From Nitrosarchaeum sp. (GTDB taxonomy: Archaea; Thermoproteota; Nitrososphaeria; Nitrososphaerales; Nitrosopumilaceae), in NCBI GenBank assembly GCA_965223865.1, contig OZ245020.1, forward strand, positions 448,001-512,000: a DNA stretch of 64,000 bases, read 5' to 3'. Positions 47,858-58,372 of the stretch are shown piece after piece; within the stretch, counting starts at the first letter, position 1, and each line of letters begins with the position of its first letter. The notes below the pieces were generated by a model. That model saw only the letters and a program-made list of their open reading frames with translations. It had not been told where the DNA came from and did not search any database. Position numbers and translations under genes: made by a program.

Positions 47858-48505
47858 TTAGTTGTCTTTGCGCAGACCTAACATTTCAGCTATCGAAACA
47901 TTCTCTGTGTTTTTCTTTGTGATGTAGCATCTTTGATAATATTGACAATCATTACAATCTTGGGAAGGCTCCAATATCGGAGTCTTTTGCTCCTTTAGAA
48001 GATCATTTAGAACTCTGACTCGCCTGACAACTTGTTCGAACATTTTCTTGTTACGTGTTACTGAAAAGCTCGTTTCTTCTCTATTACCTGAAATGTATAC
48101 TAGTATCCCATCTATTTTATCATAAATCCACATGCAAGCATTTAGGTAAAGTAAATCCCCTGATAATGGTGACTCTGGTGTGCTCTGAGCAGGTCTAAAC
48201 AAAATAATTGAATCATCTACAAGCATGTCTACTTGTCCTCTTAATTTGATATCATCAATTGCAAATTCTTTGGGGTCACTGCCATAATGCAGTTTTCTAA
48301 GCAGTCCTGCTAAAAGATCATTGAATCCTCTTCTATCAACTTGCTCGGGATCTATTCTATCATAGTATGAACGCCTCATACACTGCACTACTTCTTTCAG
48401 GTGGATAGTTTGGATATCTTTTGGTTCAATTTCAATTTCTAACTCTCTTCCAATAGAGTCCATGGCATTTTTTACGATATTTCTATAATCTCTATCTCCC
48501 ATCAT
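47858..48505 (-). CDS. cas4: solo Cas4-like Fe-S protein with degenerate nuclease motifs
   Basis: CMRRSYY and CNDCQYYQRC four-Cys staple; GQVD present but ExK replaced. Confidence 0.75.
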   Translation of the reverse strand: MMGDRDYRNIVKNAMDSIGRELEIEIEPKDIQTIHLKEVVQCMRRSYYDRIDPEQVDRRGFNDLLAGLLRKLHYGSDPKEFAIDDIKLRGQVDMLVDDSIILFRPAQSTPESPLSGDLLYLNACMWIYDKIDGILVYISGNREETSFSVTRNKKMFEQVVRRVRVLNDLLKEQKTPILEPSQDCNDCQYYQRCYITKKNTENVSIAEMLGLRKDN

Positions 48506-48537
48506 AGTAATTCACCTAACAAATCCATCCTTATAGA

Positions 48538-48798
48538 TTAACTCATGATTTTGGTCAAAAATCTAGAAATTTTATCTGAAAAAGCAAATATGACAAAATG
48601 GACTCCAAATCCTGCAACTGCTCCTATTATGAGATTTCCTGTACCAAAATAAATCCCAAGAAATAGACCTAGTGAGGGCAAGGCAAAAATCATTGCCATC
48701 ATTGTGCTAATCCAAATAGTCTTGATTAAAATCTCCGGAGTAATTTCAGTTTTTTTCCTTGGAAATTTGATCATCTTAAAAATACTATTCCTCTTCAA
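48538..48798 (-). CDS. small two-TM membrane protein
   Basis: two hydrophobic helices; directly downstream of atpC. Confidence 0.7.
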   Translation of the reverse strand: MKRNSIFKMIKFPRKKTEITPEILIKTIWISTMMAMIFALPSLGLFLGIYFGTGNLIIGAVAGFGVHFVIFAFSDKISRFLTKIMS

Positions 48799-49834
48799 GG
48801 ATTAACTTTGACATTGTAGTCTCTGTTGGTATTTTTTGTTCTATTGCATATGCAATAGCTGCCAAATTTCTGACCTCAAATGCAGTTAACTTTGTAATTC
48901 CAACAATTGTTGCAAAACTGAACATCTTTGTAAATGATCTTAGTGCTGCATGATAAATTGCCATTTCAAAGGCTCGTTCAAATTCAGCAATCGCATCTAA
49001 TTCATTTTCAACTTGAGGAAGCAAATTCTTGTATTTTGTATTAGATAGTTCATTAAATGCATCCCTTACAGATGTTGCTGCCATCATTCGTCCCAAAAGA
49101 TCTCTTGCAGGTGGACTGGTTGGAATTATCAAATCTTGAATTTGTTCTTCTTGTAGTCCCCAAAACTTTCCTCTAATTACACTTAGGATATTGTAAAAAT
49201 CTATATCCATTGCAACTAGTGTAACTGCAGTTTTATCCGAATAGTTTTTCATTGCACCAGCAAGATGTTGATACAAAATTTTATCAAAGTATGTGTCAAA
49301 GATTTGGATATTCTTTTTTTCATTGTATAGTGCTGCTGCTTTTGCGATTTCCTCTCCGAATTGCACAGAGTTCAAACTAGCTACTGCTTCTTCAAGATCC
49401 TTTGCAACAAGTGCTTTAACTACAATGTCTCTTTGTTTTATCAACTCCTCAGCATGAAGATTAAGGTGAGTTTCAATCTCTTCTTGAGATTTACCTAATA
49501 CTTTGCCTTTTAGAATTGATTTCAAATTAGAAATAATGAATTTCATATAATATGCATCTAAAACACCTGAACTACCTGATGTTTTTGCAATGGAAAAATG
49601 CACATCAGCAAGATGACTCCTTAAAGCAGATTCGATTCCTTGTGAAGTGTATGGTTTTTGCACATCAGCTACTGATTCACCATAAATAGTATTTTTGATT
49701 CTTGTCATTAATTCTTCAAGATCTCTTGATTCAGCAAGTGCCTGAAAATCAGCTTTTTTTAGTAATTTGCCTCTCTTGCCATAGGATTTCACCGAAGCAT
49801 AGACGTTTTTAGAACCGGCCATACTAATACACAA
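48785..49834 (-). CDS. atpC: A-type ATP synthase subunit C
   Basis: YASVK..GKRGKLL, ISNLKSILKGK, FEVRNL V0D/AC39 family pattern. Confidence 0.88.
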   Translation of the reverse strand: MCISMAGSKNVYASVKSYGKRGKLLKKADFQALAESRDLEELMTRIKNTIYGESVADVQKPYTSQGIESALRSHLADVHFSIAKTSGSSGVLDAYYMKFIISNLKSILKGKVLGKSQEEIETHLNLHAEELIKQRDIVVKALVAKDLEEAVASLNSVQFGEEIAKAAALYNEKKNIQIFDTYFDKILYQHLAGAMKNYSDKTAVTLVAMDIDFYNILSVIRGKFWGLQEEQIQDLIIPTSPPARDLLGRMMAATSVRDAFNELSNTKYKNLLPQVENELDAIAEFERAFEMAIYHAALRSFTKMFSFATIVGITKLTAFEVRNLAAIAYAIEQKIPTETTMSKLILEEE

Positions 49835-49847
49835 TAAGAAATAGATT

Positions 49848-50483
49848 TTAATGTTTAGTGCTTAGCCTTTCTAAAAAGCCTAACAACGTTCCTTGCTCTT
49901 CTTTACTACAAAGCAAAATTGATTCTATCAACTTTAAGTTATATGTTATACTCGTTTCATGTAACACAGATAGGTTCTCAAGAGTTATCGGTACTATTTT
50001 CGCTCTTTTTTTGCAATTTACGTATGCATATCTTTCTAATAATAAAAAGCATAAAGTTGGATTTATGCTAGATAATGCATTTAGATCCTCTCCTAGTTTA
50101 TCATCTGATGTAAATTCTGTAAAATTAAGTTCAATTTTCCCTTTTTCAATACAGTATAAAAGTAATCTTCCTGCCTTGGTCAATTCATAAAATGCAGTTC
50201 CTTCTTTTTGTAATGATTTTGGACCTCTTTTTAGTGGTACTTTTCCTTTTTCTACTATTATGCCTAATGGAATAAGTGTATTTTCAATATCATCGTATAC
50301 TCCAGAATATGTATTCCTCCAAGATTGATTTTTCTCAGCAGTAATTTTTTTTGCAATTTTAACTTTGGTGTATTTATTTAGATTTCCTACGCTAAGAATT
50401 TGTATTATTCTTCGTTGCCTTTTTGCTTTTCCAGTTAATTCGTCTTTTACCTTAAATGTATCAAAAATTGCAAGATTGTTCAT
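49848..50483 (-). CDS. winged-helix-like putative regulator divergent from amt
   Basis: basic N-domain, FYELTKAG wing motif. Confidence 0.6.
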   Translation of the reverse strand: MNNLAIFDTFKVKDELTGKAKRQRRIIQILSVGNLNKYTKVKIAKKITAEKNQSWRNTYSGVYDDIENTLIPLGIIVEKGKVPLKRGPKSLQKEGTAFYELTKAGRLLLYCIEKGKIELNFTEFTSDDKLGEDLNALSSINPTLCFLLLERYAYVNCKKRAKIVPITLENLSVLHETSITYNLKLIESILLCSKEEQGTLLGFLERLSTKH

Positions 50484-50601
50484 TTAATGACGTATGTTGA
50501 TATTTTAATTAACTTTTCGTTAGTTATTCTTTAAAAAATTAGAATTTAGTAACATGATTTTTTTAAAAAAATAAAATATACTTTTAAATTGCAATGAATT
50601 C

Positions 50602-52170
50602 TTGTTTTCGATGCAAAGGAAAAAAATTCATCTTTTGTTAATATTTACTAGTGTTGCGATTATATCTTCTACGGCTATGACACAAGCATTTGCTCAGTCT
50701 ACTTCTGACGGAATGGATGGTTATGTGCTTGGCACTTCTGGCATTTACACTGGTAATCCTCATGAATGTTGGTATTCTGATGACGAAGGTAACATGTTAC
50801 CTTGTAGAATTGATACAGGTGATACTGCTTGGATGCTTACAGCAACGTCTTTCGTTTTGTTAATGAGCCCAGGTGTAGCTGTATTTTATGGTGGATTAGC
50901 CAGAAGTAAAAACTCTGTTAATGTTTATGGAATGACTTTAGTTATTATGGGTGTTGCAGCTGTCCAATGGCTTGCGTTTGGTTATACACTTGCATTTGGG
51001 CCAAACTATGAAGCTGGAAACGCGTTTTATGGCGCTCTAGATTACGTAGGTTTTAACAATGTTTCCCACTTTGCTCCCTTAGGAACACCTGGACCATGTG
51101 GTGATACGTGGTCTGCTGCATATCAAATGAACCAGATGGTAGATGCGGATGAATGTAGCCAAGATTGGCCGGGTACTATACCTCATATGTTATTTGCAGC
51201 ATTTCAAGGTACATTTGCAATTATTACTCCTATCTTAATTATTGGCGCTGTAGTAGATAGGATGAAATTCAGTGCGATTCTCATATTTGTGGTTGTTTGG
51301 TCTACTTTCGTGTATTATCCAGTTGCACATTGGATTTGGGGCGGTGGATGGATGGCTGATGGTACATTAGATTTGGATCCATCATTAGCTCCTAGTGGTG
51401 TGATTGACTTTGCAGGAGGTGCAGTTGTACATATTACATGTGGTTTTGCAGCACTGGCTTGTGCACTAGTTCTTGGAAGAAGAATGGGTCTTGGCAAAAT
51501 TCCAATGGAGCCACATAATATTCCAATGGTCGTATTAGGTGCTGGAATACTCTGGTTTGGTTGGTTTGGATTTAATCCTGGAAGTCAAGTAATGGTTGAT
51601 GGAGTAACTGCCAGTGCTTGGATGATTACTAACATTAGTGCGGGTATGGGTACTGTTACTTGGGTATTACTTAGTTGGGCTCATACTGGAAAACCAAGCA
51701 TTGTTGGAGCTGCTACTGGAACTATTGCTGGACTAGGAACTATTACTCCTGCCTCTGGATGGGTAGGTCCTATGGGAGCATTGATAATTGGAATGTCTGC
51801 AGGTTGCATTTGCTATGGTGCAGTTGCATTAAAGAATGCTAGGAAATGGGATGATGCACTTGATGTTTGGGGTGTACATGGTATGGGTGGATTAACAGGA
51901 ACTATTCTTGTAGGTACTTTAGCAAGTCCTCATATTTGGGATACAGGTGATGGAATAGGCGCTTGGACAGGTACGCCAGAAGGAATGGAGCAACAAGCGA
52001 TTAATATTATAGGTGCCACTGTTACTGTAGGTTATACTCTTGCAGTTACTTTTGCTATTCTAAAAATAATGGATATTATTTGGCCTGGTGGAATTAGAGT
52101 GACTCCTAGAGAGGAAGATATTGGTCTTGATATTGCACAACATGGTGAACGTGCATACGTGAATGAATAA
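50602..52170 (+). CDS. amt: ammonium transporter with N-terminal extension
   Basis: GDTAW, FYGGL, DFAGGAVVH, WFGWFGFN, DDALDVWGVH, GLD..QHGE motifs. Confidence 0.96.
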   Translation: MFSMQRKKIHLLLIFTSVAIISSTAMTQAFAQSTSDGMDGYVLGTSGIYTGNPHECWYSDDEGNMLPCRIDTGDTAWMLTATSFVLLMSPGVAVFYGGLARSKNSVNVYGMTLVIMGVAAVQWLAFGYTLAFGPNYEAGNAFYGALDYVGFNNVSHFAPLGTPGPCGDTWSAAYQMNQMVDADECSQDWPGTIPHMLFAAFQGTFAIITPILIIGAVVDRMKFSAILIFVVVWSTFVYYPVAHWIWGGGWMADGTLDLDPSLAPSGVIDFAGGAVVHITCGFAALACALVLGRRMGLGKIPMEPHNIPMVVLGAGILWFGWFGFNPGSQVMVDGVTASAWMITNISAGMGTVTWVLLSWAHTGKPSIVGAATGTIAGLGTITPASGWVGPMGALIIGMSAGCICYGAVALKNARKWDDALDVWGVHGMGGLTGTILVGTLASPHIWDTGDGIGAWTGTPEGMEQQAINIIGATVTVGYTLAVTFAILKIMDIIWPGGIRVTPREEDIGLDIAQHGERAYVNE

Positions 52171-52330
52171 GCATCAAGTTTTCTTATTTTTTCACTATAA
52201 ATTATGAATTGATAATCTGTTGTGTTAAGCATATAATTGTTATAGAATAACTAGAAATAATTTAGTAAAAGTGAATGTTTCTATGACTTAAATGATTAAT
52301 TAATTTTAAAAATAATAATTTTGTGGCTAG

Positions 52331-52684
52331 TTATAGAGCCGATTCACCTGAGCTTTGAGATGCAATATTGACAACTCTATCAACATCAGTTATGATGATT
52401 ATTCCATCTCCTGATTTACCTGAACGAGCAGTATTATTGATTGCATCAACGATACTTTGAACTTGAGAATCCTCAACAATAGTCATTATAGAATCCATTG
52501 TATTGTACTCAGCACGATACTGTGTTGTTCCACGGCCGCCACGTATCATTGGCCTTTCGCCAGATCCTTGACCCTTTACTTGTGTAATAGAAACTCCTTT
52601 CGCACCTGCTCCACGTACTGCTGAAACAACTTCAGACAATCTATCACTTCTAATTATAGTTTCAATCCGTTTCATGAATATCAT
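52331..52684 (-). CDS. nitrogen regulatory protein P-II (GlnB/GlnK family)
   Basis: MKRIETIIR, VKGQG, ARSGKSGDG motifs; adjacent to amt. Confidence 0.92.
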   Translation of the reverse strand: MIFMKRIETIIRSDRLSEVVSAVRGAGAKGVSITQVKGQGSGERPMIRGGRGTTQYRAEYNTMDSIMTIVEDSQVQSIVDAINNTARSGKSGDGIIIITDVDRVVNIASQSSGESAL

Positions 52685-52753
52685 ATGATATAGTTATTAA
52701 AAAACATAACCGTATAGTTTTAAAATTTAATTCTAGTTTGTTCTATACTTCTA

Positions 52754-53611
52754 TTGAAGATATTTTTTGAAAAAACGGTTCTCATTTTTATTATTAACCA
52801 AATAAATTTACATTCCAAAATTTTGTTTAATTATATGATAATTTCAACTTCAGAACTTAATAAAACTCTAAAGTACTCTAACATCATTTTAGTTGATACT
52901 CGTTCATTCAAAGAATACTTGGAAGGTCATATTCCAGGAGCTGTAAACTTGGATCTTTTTGCATTTCATTGGATAGATACAACAAAAAATGGAATTGAAA
53001 ATTTTAACAGACAAACACAAACGCTTCTCTCTTTTCTTGGAGTGACTCCAGAAAAAAAAATAATCTTTTATGATGATGTCTCTGGAATGCTTGCTGCAAG
53101 AGGAGTTTGGATGTTGTTGTATTTCTCCCACCAAAATGTTTCAATGTTAGATGGAGGAATACAAAAATGGAAAAAAGAAAATCTTCCTCTTGAAACAAAA
53201 CCAAATGGATTCAAACCAACTACTTTTTCAGGAAAAATAAACTCTGATATCATTTCAGGATTTGAGTACATTTTAGACAACATGGATAACTTAAAAATCC
53301 TTGATGCAAGATCAGAAGGAGAATACAACGGTTCTGTCCTTCGCGCTGCACAAGGAGGACATGTACCTAACTCAATCAATATTGATTGGAATAAAAACAT
53401 CAACGAAAATGGTACCTTCAAAAATAATGATGAATTATCGCTCCTTTATGATTTTGATAAGAACTCTGAAATCATTACATACTGCCAAGGTGCCTATAGA
53501 GCCGCTAACACTTTCTTAGCCTTGAAAAAGATTGGATTTGAAAAAGTCAGAGTCTATTTGGGCTCCTGGGGAGAATGGGGAAATAAACTGGAACTCCCTG
53601 TGGAAAAATAA
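52754..53611 (+). CDS. two-domain rhodanese sulfurtransferase (likely start 52835)
   Basis: GHIPGA, LDGG, YCQGAYRA, YLGSWGEW motifs. Confidence 0.92.
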   Translation: MKIFFEKTVLIFIINQINLHSKILFNYMIISTSELNKTLKYSNIILVDTRSFKEYLEGHIPGAVNLDLFAFHWIDTTKNGIENFNRQTQTLLSFLGVTPEKKIIFYDDVSGMLAARGVWMLLYFSHQNVSMLDGGIQKWKKENLPLETKPNGFKPTTFSGKINSDIISGFEYILDNMDNLKILDARSEGEYNGSVLRAAQGGHVPNSINIDWNKNINENGTFKNNDELSLLYDFDKNSEIITYCQGAYRAANTFLALKKIGFEKVRVYLGSWGEWGNKLELPVEK

Positions 53612-53649
53612 TCTAATCTTTTATCTACATCTATCATCTTTATCCTATC

Positions 53650-53781
53650 ATGGGTTTTCTAAAGAAACTAAAAGACACTGCAGAGAAGGGAGTCGAAAAA
53701 GGTGCAGAATTAGGTACCAAAGGTTATGAGGGTGCTAAAGATGCTGCCAAAAAAGGACACGATAAAGCTAAAAGAGATTAA
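53650..53781 (+). CDS. hydrophilin-like microprotein with 11-mer repeats (43 aa, not in ORF track)
   Basis: MGFLKKLKDTAEKGVEKGAELGTKGYEGAKDAAKKGHDKAKRD*; TTTTAT box about 27 nt upstream. Confidence 0.7.
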   Translation: MGFLKKLKDTAEKGVEKGAELGTKGYEGAKDAAKKGHDKAKRD

Positions 53782-53801
53782 ACTTTAATCTTCAAAAATT
53801 T

Positions 53802-55901
53802 TTATTTTTTCTTCCAAACAAATTGATTGTAAATCAGTTCTGGTCTGATTTGCCTAAATGGCTGTGCGCCTCCGTCATACCACTTTGTAAAGAATTCATA
53901 CAAATGCAACCTTAGGGACTGAATATATACAATCAATCCTTCAATCATCATAATACCCAAGTTTCCTCCAACAATCATGGCAATTGCTCCCACAGACTCG
54001 GCACCACCTAGTGAGGTAAACGCATTGTTTACAGTCAACAATAATGCCGCATGTACAAGCAGCATAATACCAAGCCGAGCATAACTAATCGTATGCGCCA
54101 ACGCCTCTACTGTCTTTCCTAGAAAAACTTCCATCACCACACTTGCCGGATCTCCTCCATCTTCAGGGTGTTTCTTTGCATGCAAGATTCCTCCAACCAT
54201 CATCATTACCATTGATGCAATTACAACAACAACTGCAATTCTTGTAACAATCCAAACTTGAGCCCATTCACCGAGGAAAATAGTTACCCATGGAACTGCT
54301 TCTGTATGTGCTCTTGAATACATGTTCATCACATCATACTGTGAACCAATAGCACACATCATGATTACCACAATTCCACCGTATAGTGTAATGTTTGGAA
54401 TTGCTTCCATGTACATTACAAGTTTCTGACCTTTCTCAGCTAATCTCTTAATTCTTAGAACCATTGCCCAAACAAGATGAACTATTCCAAGGAATAATGA
54501 AACTTTGAGAATGTTAATTACTTGATCAAACGTTAACTCAGCTACGCTAAGTATTCCAACTATCCAACTAACCGAGTGTAGTGCTCCGCCTTCTTCTAAT
54601 AATCCTTCAAATGGGCCCATATGATCAAGATGATAACCAAATGCCTCTCCTGCTGCAACTCCTGCAATGGCTGCCGCTGCTCCAGAAATTGCAATTAACA
54701 TCCCCCATCTAGAAAGTTCACCTTGCCCTTTGACTTTGAACAAGAGACCCATTCCCATAAGCAATAATCCGTGACCCATATCTGCAAACATCAGACCATA
54801 AAATATTGGCCACATTAGAGCAATCATTGGTGTAGGGTCTGGCTCTCCTTTGTGAGGAATACCTTGACTCTTTGTAATAACCTCAAAAGTTCTTACGAAC
54901 CTTTTATTATCAAATAATGTTGGTGAGTCACTACTAAGCTTGGGATCAGTAACATCTTCAATGACTGATGTCCATTGTTTTGTAGAGTTGGCAAATTTCT
55001 CCTCCATCCGTCTTGGGATATATCCTTGAATTACTGCAAAATGTTTTGTTCCTCCTGGTTTTCTCAAAGTCTCAAGTACATCTTTTGCAACAAGTGCTTT
55101 TTCATGAATTGTTAGAATATCACGCCTAATTGACTTTTGTAAGCCAGCCAGTTCTTTTGTAATTGCTGTTTGCTTTGCAGTTAACTCTTTAATTTTTGAT
55201 TCTGCTAATGCATAAGCCTCACTAGGAATCTGAGGAAAACCCTCAGGAATTTTAAATAAATTTGAATTAAAACTTCTAAGTACCTTGAGTACTTTTTCAG
55301 AGTCTTCAGTATCAGAAATTACTAGTAGCGCAGACTTTTCTTTACTTTCTAAGTCGTATTTGTACATAGTAATATCCTCAAGGGAGTGACTAATTTCTTC
55401 AAAATCTGTTGAATTGATAACAAAAAGATTTACAAAAAAATATCTAGTTTGCCCAAAGCCTGATAAATCCATATTCATTTTTCTAATAACTTCTAGAGTA
55501 TCTTTGAGTGACTTGTATTCCTCAATTGAGAGTCTAGTGTTGGCTGCTTCTTCAAGCAGTTTTGCTGGTTTGTCAATAATGGCTGGCGCAGTTTTAATAA
55601 GATCATTTACCATATCTTCAATCTCATCAATCTCATAGTTTGATTTCTTGATTACAGTCCCTTTGAAAAGAATCTCCATTATTCCTACAGTAAGTGGGAT
55701 TCCCATTCCTTTGATTACATCGTCTATGGACTGGAATGTTTGCTGTGCCTTTAGCAGAAGATCATCAATTTCAGGTGTTACCTGATCACTTGGAGAATCG
55801 ATCTTGTGAAACCATTCAAACTCTGTTAGCCTAGATATTGCCTGTGGTGATTCACTTCTTGGCAAAATTACGGTTCCAAGTTTTAGATCGGCGGTTCCCA
55901 A
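53802..55901 (-). CDS. atpI: A-type ATP synthase subunit I (a)
   Basis: DPTP, YGLMFADMGHG, HTISYARL, LRLHLYEFFTK motifs. Confidence 0.95.
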   Translation of the reverse strand: MGTADLKLGTVILPRSESPQAISRLTEFEWFHKIDSPSDQVTPEIDDLLLKAQQTFQSIDDVIKGMGIPLTVGIMEILFKGTVIKKSNYEIDEIEDMVNDLIKTAPAIIDKPAKLLEEAANTRLSIEEYKSLKDTLEVIRKMNMDLSGFGQTRYFFVNLFVINSTDFEEISHSLEDITMYKYDLESKEKSALLVISDTEDSEKVLKVLRSFNSNLFKIPEGFPQIPSEAYALAESKIKELTAKQTAITKELAGLQKSIRRDILTIHEKALVAKDVLETLRKPGGTKHFAVIQGYIPRRMEEKFANSTKQWTSVIEDVTDPKLSSDSPTLFDNKRFVRTFEVITKSQGIPHKGEPDPTPMIALMWPIFYGLMFADMGHGLLLMGMGLLFKVKGQGELSRWGMLIAISGAAAAIAGVAAGEAFGYHLDHMGPFEGLLEEGGALHSVSWIVGILSVAELTFDQVINILKVSLFLGIVHLVWAMVLRIKRLAEKGQKLVMYMEAIPNITLYGGIVVIMMCAIGSQYDVMNMYSRAHTEAVPWVTIFLGEWAQVWIVTRIAVVVVIASMVMMMVGGILHAKKHPEDGGDPASVVMEVFLGKTVEALAHTISYARLGIMLLVHAALLLTVNNAFTSLGGAESVGAIAMIVGGNLGIMMIEGLIVYIQSLRLHLYEFFTKWYDGGAQPFRQIRPELIYNQFVWKKK

Positions 55902-55992
55902 TACAATTTCTGGGTTATTTCATTGAGTTTAATATCTTTCTGATTGCAACTTTTCCCAAACATTAAAATCCATTACGGATTTACGGCACTCA

Positions 55993-56592
55993 TTGGCATC
56001 TAATACTGCATTAGAAAAAACCATAGACAAAATCCTTGTTCAAACTGAAAAAGATATTTTGTCGAATATTCAAACTGCATTAACTGAATGTCAGCAAAAC
56101 CTAGATGATGCTCTTCCTAAATTAGAGCAAGAACATGATAAAATAATCTCAGATGGGAGAAAAGAGGCAGAAAAGATTGAAAAACAGATTATTGGCAGCT
56201 CTGACCTTGAGGCTAGGAACAAACAATTGATGACTTTGGAGGATGCAGTAGACAAAGTCTTTACCAAAGCCCTAGATCAAATTGCAAATAAAGATCGTAG
56301 TGGAGATTATGCAAATTTAATTAAATCCCTTTTAGATGAAGCAACAAAAATTTTGGGTACAACTGATGTATCTGTTCTTACAAATTCAAAAGATAAGGAG
56401 GCTGTTCAATCAACACTTTCACAATTTCCGGGAGCAGAACTATCTTCTGAGACAATTGATTGTCTAGGAGGAGTTATCATAAAATCAAAAGATGGTACAA
56501 TGACTTTTGATAATACTATTGATGCAAGGATTGAACGTCTGAAGCCTTTAATAAGGAAAGAAATAGCAACAAAATTCGGGGTAGGTAATTAG
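55993..56592 (+). CDS. atpE: A-type ATP synthase subunit E
   Basis: coiled coil plus [17 protein letters not shown]. Confidence 0.92.
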   Translation: MASNTALEKTIDKILVQTEKDILSNIQTALTECQQNLDDALPKLEQEHDKIISDGRKEAEKIEKQIIGSSDLEARNKQLMTLEDAVDKVFTKALDQIANKDRSGDYANLIKSLLDEATKILGTTDVSVLTNSKDKEAVQSTLSQFPGAELSSETIDCLGGVIIKSKDGTMTFDNTIDARIERLKPLIRKEIATKFGVGN

Positions 56593-56593
56593 A

Positions 56594-58372
56594 ATGGCAG
56601 CACAAGGTAGAATTGTTTGGGTCAGTGGTCCTGCAGTAAAAGCTGATGGAATGTCAGATGCAAAAATGTATGAAACCGTAGTTGTTGGAGACTCTAAACT
56701 TGTTGGTGAAGTAATTAGATTAACTGGCGATGTTGCATTTATTCAAGTATATGAATCAACTAGTGGATTAAAACCAGGTGAACCAGTAATTGGTACAGGA
56801 AACCCACTAAGTGTACTTTTAGGTCCAGGAATTATTGGACAACTTTATGATGGAATTCAAAGACCCCTAAGAGAATTATCCAAAGCCTCAGGCTCATTTA
56901 TCGGCAGAGGTATTACTACAACCCCAGTTGATATGACAAAAAAATATCATTTTGTTCCAACTGTTAGCGCTGGTGATGAAGTCAATCCAGGAAATGTAAT
57001 AGGAACTGTTCAGGAAACAGACCTCATAGAACACTCTATTATGGTACCACCAGATCATCCTGGAGGAGTTGTATCAAATATTGTATCAGAAGGAGATTAT
57101 GATTTAGAAGCTGAAATAGCAAAAACCGAGAAAGACGGTCAAACCATTACACTCAAAATGTATCATAAATGGCCTGTTAGAAAACCACGTCCATACAAAG
57201 ATCGTTACGATCCTACTGTTCCACTTCTTACAGGGCAACGTGTAATTGACACATTTTTCCCAATTGCAAAAGGCGGTACCGGTTCCATACCTGGTGCATT
57301 TGGAACAGGAAAAACTGTAACACTTCACCAAATAGCAAAATGGGCAGACTCTCAAGTCGTAGTTTACATCGGTTGTGGTGAAAGAGGAAATGAGATGACT
57401 GAAGTGTTAGTTGAATTCCCTCATCTTAAAGATCCAAGAAGTGGAAAACCACTCATGGATAGAACTGTTCTTGTTGCAAACACAAGTAATATGCCAGTAG
57501 CTGCAAGAGAAGCAAGTATATACACTGGCGTAACAATTGCGGAATACTACAGAGATATGGGTAAGGACGTTGTCCTTGTTGCAGATTCTACTAGTAGATG
57601 GGCCGAAGCACTCAGAGAAATGAGTGGAAGATTAGAAGAGATGCCAGCAGAAGAGGGTTACCCATCATATCTTGCATCAAGATTAGCAGAATTTTATGAA
57701 AGAGCCGGTCGTGTAAGGGCAGCAGGAAGTCCAGATCGTGATGGCTCTGTAACTCTTGTAGGTGCAGTTTCTCCATCAGGTGGTGACTTTACAGAACCCG
57801 TTACAACACACACAATGAGATTTATCAAAACCTTCTGGGCTCTAGATGCAAAACTTGCATACTCTAGACACTATCCTTCGATTAACTGGATGAACAGTTA
57901 TTCTGGTTATCTGGCAGACATCTCTAAATGGTGGGGTGAAAACATTAACGAAGATTGGCTTAGTTTAAGAAGTGATGCATATGGTGTTTTGCAAAGAGAA
58001 GATACGCTTAAAGAAATTGTGCGACTCTTAGGTCCAGAAGCATTACCAGACGAAGAAAAATTAATTCTTGAAATTGCAAGAATGATAAAGATTGGTCTAT
58101 TACAACAAAATTCATTTGATGATGTTGATACCTACTGCAGCCCAGAAAAACAATACAAACTCCTTAAACTATTAGTTGATTTCTACAAGAGAGGACAACA
58201 AGCACTCAAAGAAGGTGCGGAACTCTCAGACATTCGCGCAATGTCAATTATTGGTTCCCTACTTAAAGCAAGAATGGAAGTTAAGGATGATGAAATGCCA
58301 AAACTTGAACAATTAGATAATGAAATGCAAGAACAATTCAAATCAATTACAGGAGTGAAAGTATCAAATTGA
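56594..58372 (+). CDS. atpA: A-type ATP synthase subunit A
   Basis: [25 protein letters not shown]; no intein. Confidence 0.97.
   Translation: MAAQGRIVWVSGPAVKADGMSDAKMYETVVVGDSKLVGEVIRLTGDVAFIQVYESTSGLKPGEPVIGTGNPLSVLLGPGIIGQLYDGIQRPLRELSKASGSFIGRGITTTPVDMTKKYHFVPTVSAGDEVNPGNVIGTVQETDLIEHSIMVPPDHPGGVVSNIVSEGDYDLEAEIAKTEKDGQTITLKMYHKWPVRKPRPYKDRYDPTVPLLTGQRVIDTFFPIAKGGTGSIPGAFGTGKTVTLHQIAKWADSQVVVYIGCGERGNEMTEVLVEFPHLKDPRSGKPLMDRTVLVANTSNMPVAAREASIYTGVTIAEYYRDMGKDVVLVADSTSRWAEALREMSGRLEEMPAEEGYPSYLASRLAEFYERAGRVRAAGSPDRDGSVTLVGAVSPSGGDFTEPVTTHTMRFIKTFWALDAKLAYSRHYPSINWMNSYSGYLADISKWWGENINEDWLSLRSDAYGVLQREDTLKEIVRLLGPEALPDEEKLILEIARMIKIGLLQQNSFDDVDTYCSPEKQYKLLKLLVDFYKRGQQALKEGAELSDIRAMSIIGSLLKARMEVKDDEMPKLEQLDNEMQEQFKSITGVKVSN

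Noticed and set aside
47858-48505. Possible CRISPR-Cas locus
   Set aside because: No repeat-spacer array or other cas genes seen in the window
53532-53729. 65-aa plus-strand ORF
   Set aside because: Overlaps the rhodanese gene and the better 43-aa ORF in other frames
53775-53791. AGATTAAA-C-TTTAATCT palindrome
   Set aside because: AT-only with a 1-nt loop between convergent genes; weak evidence for function
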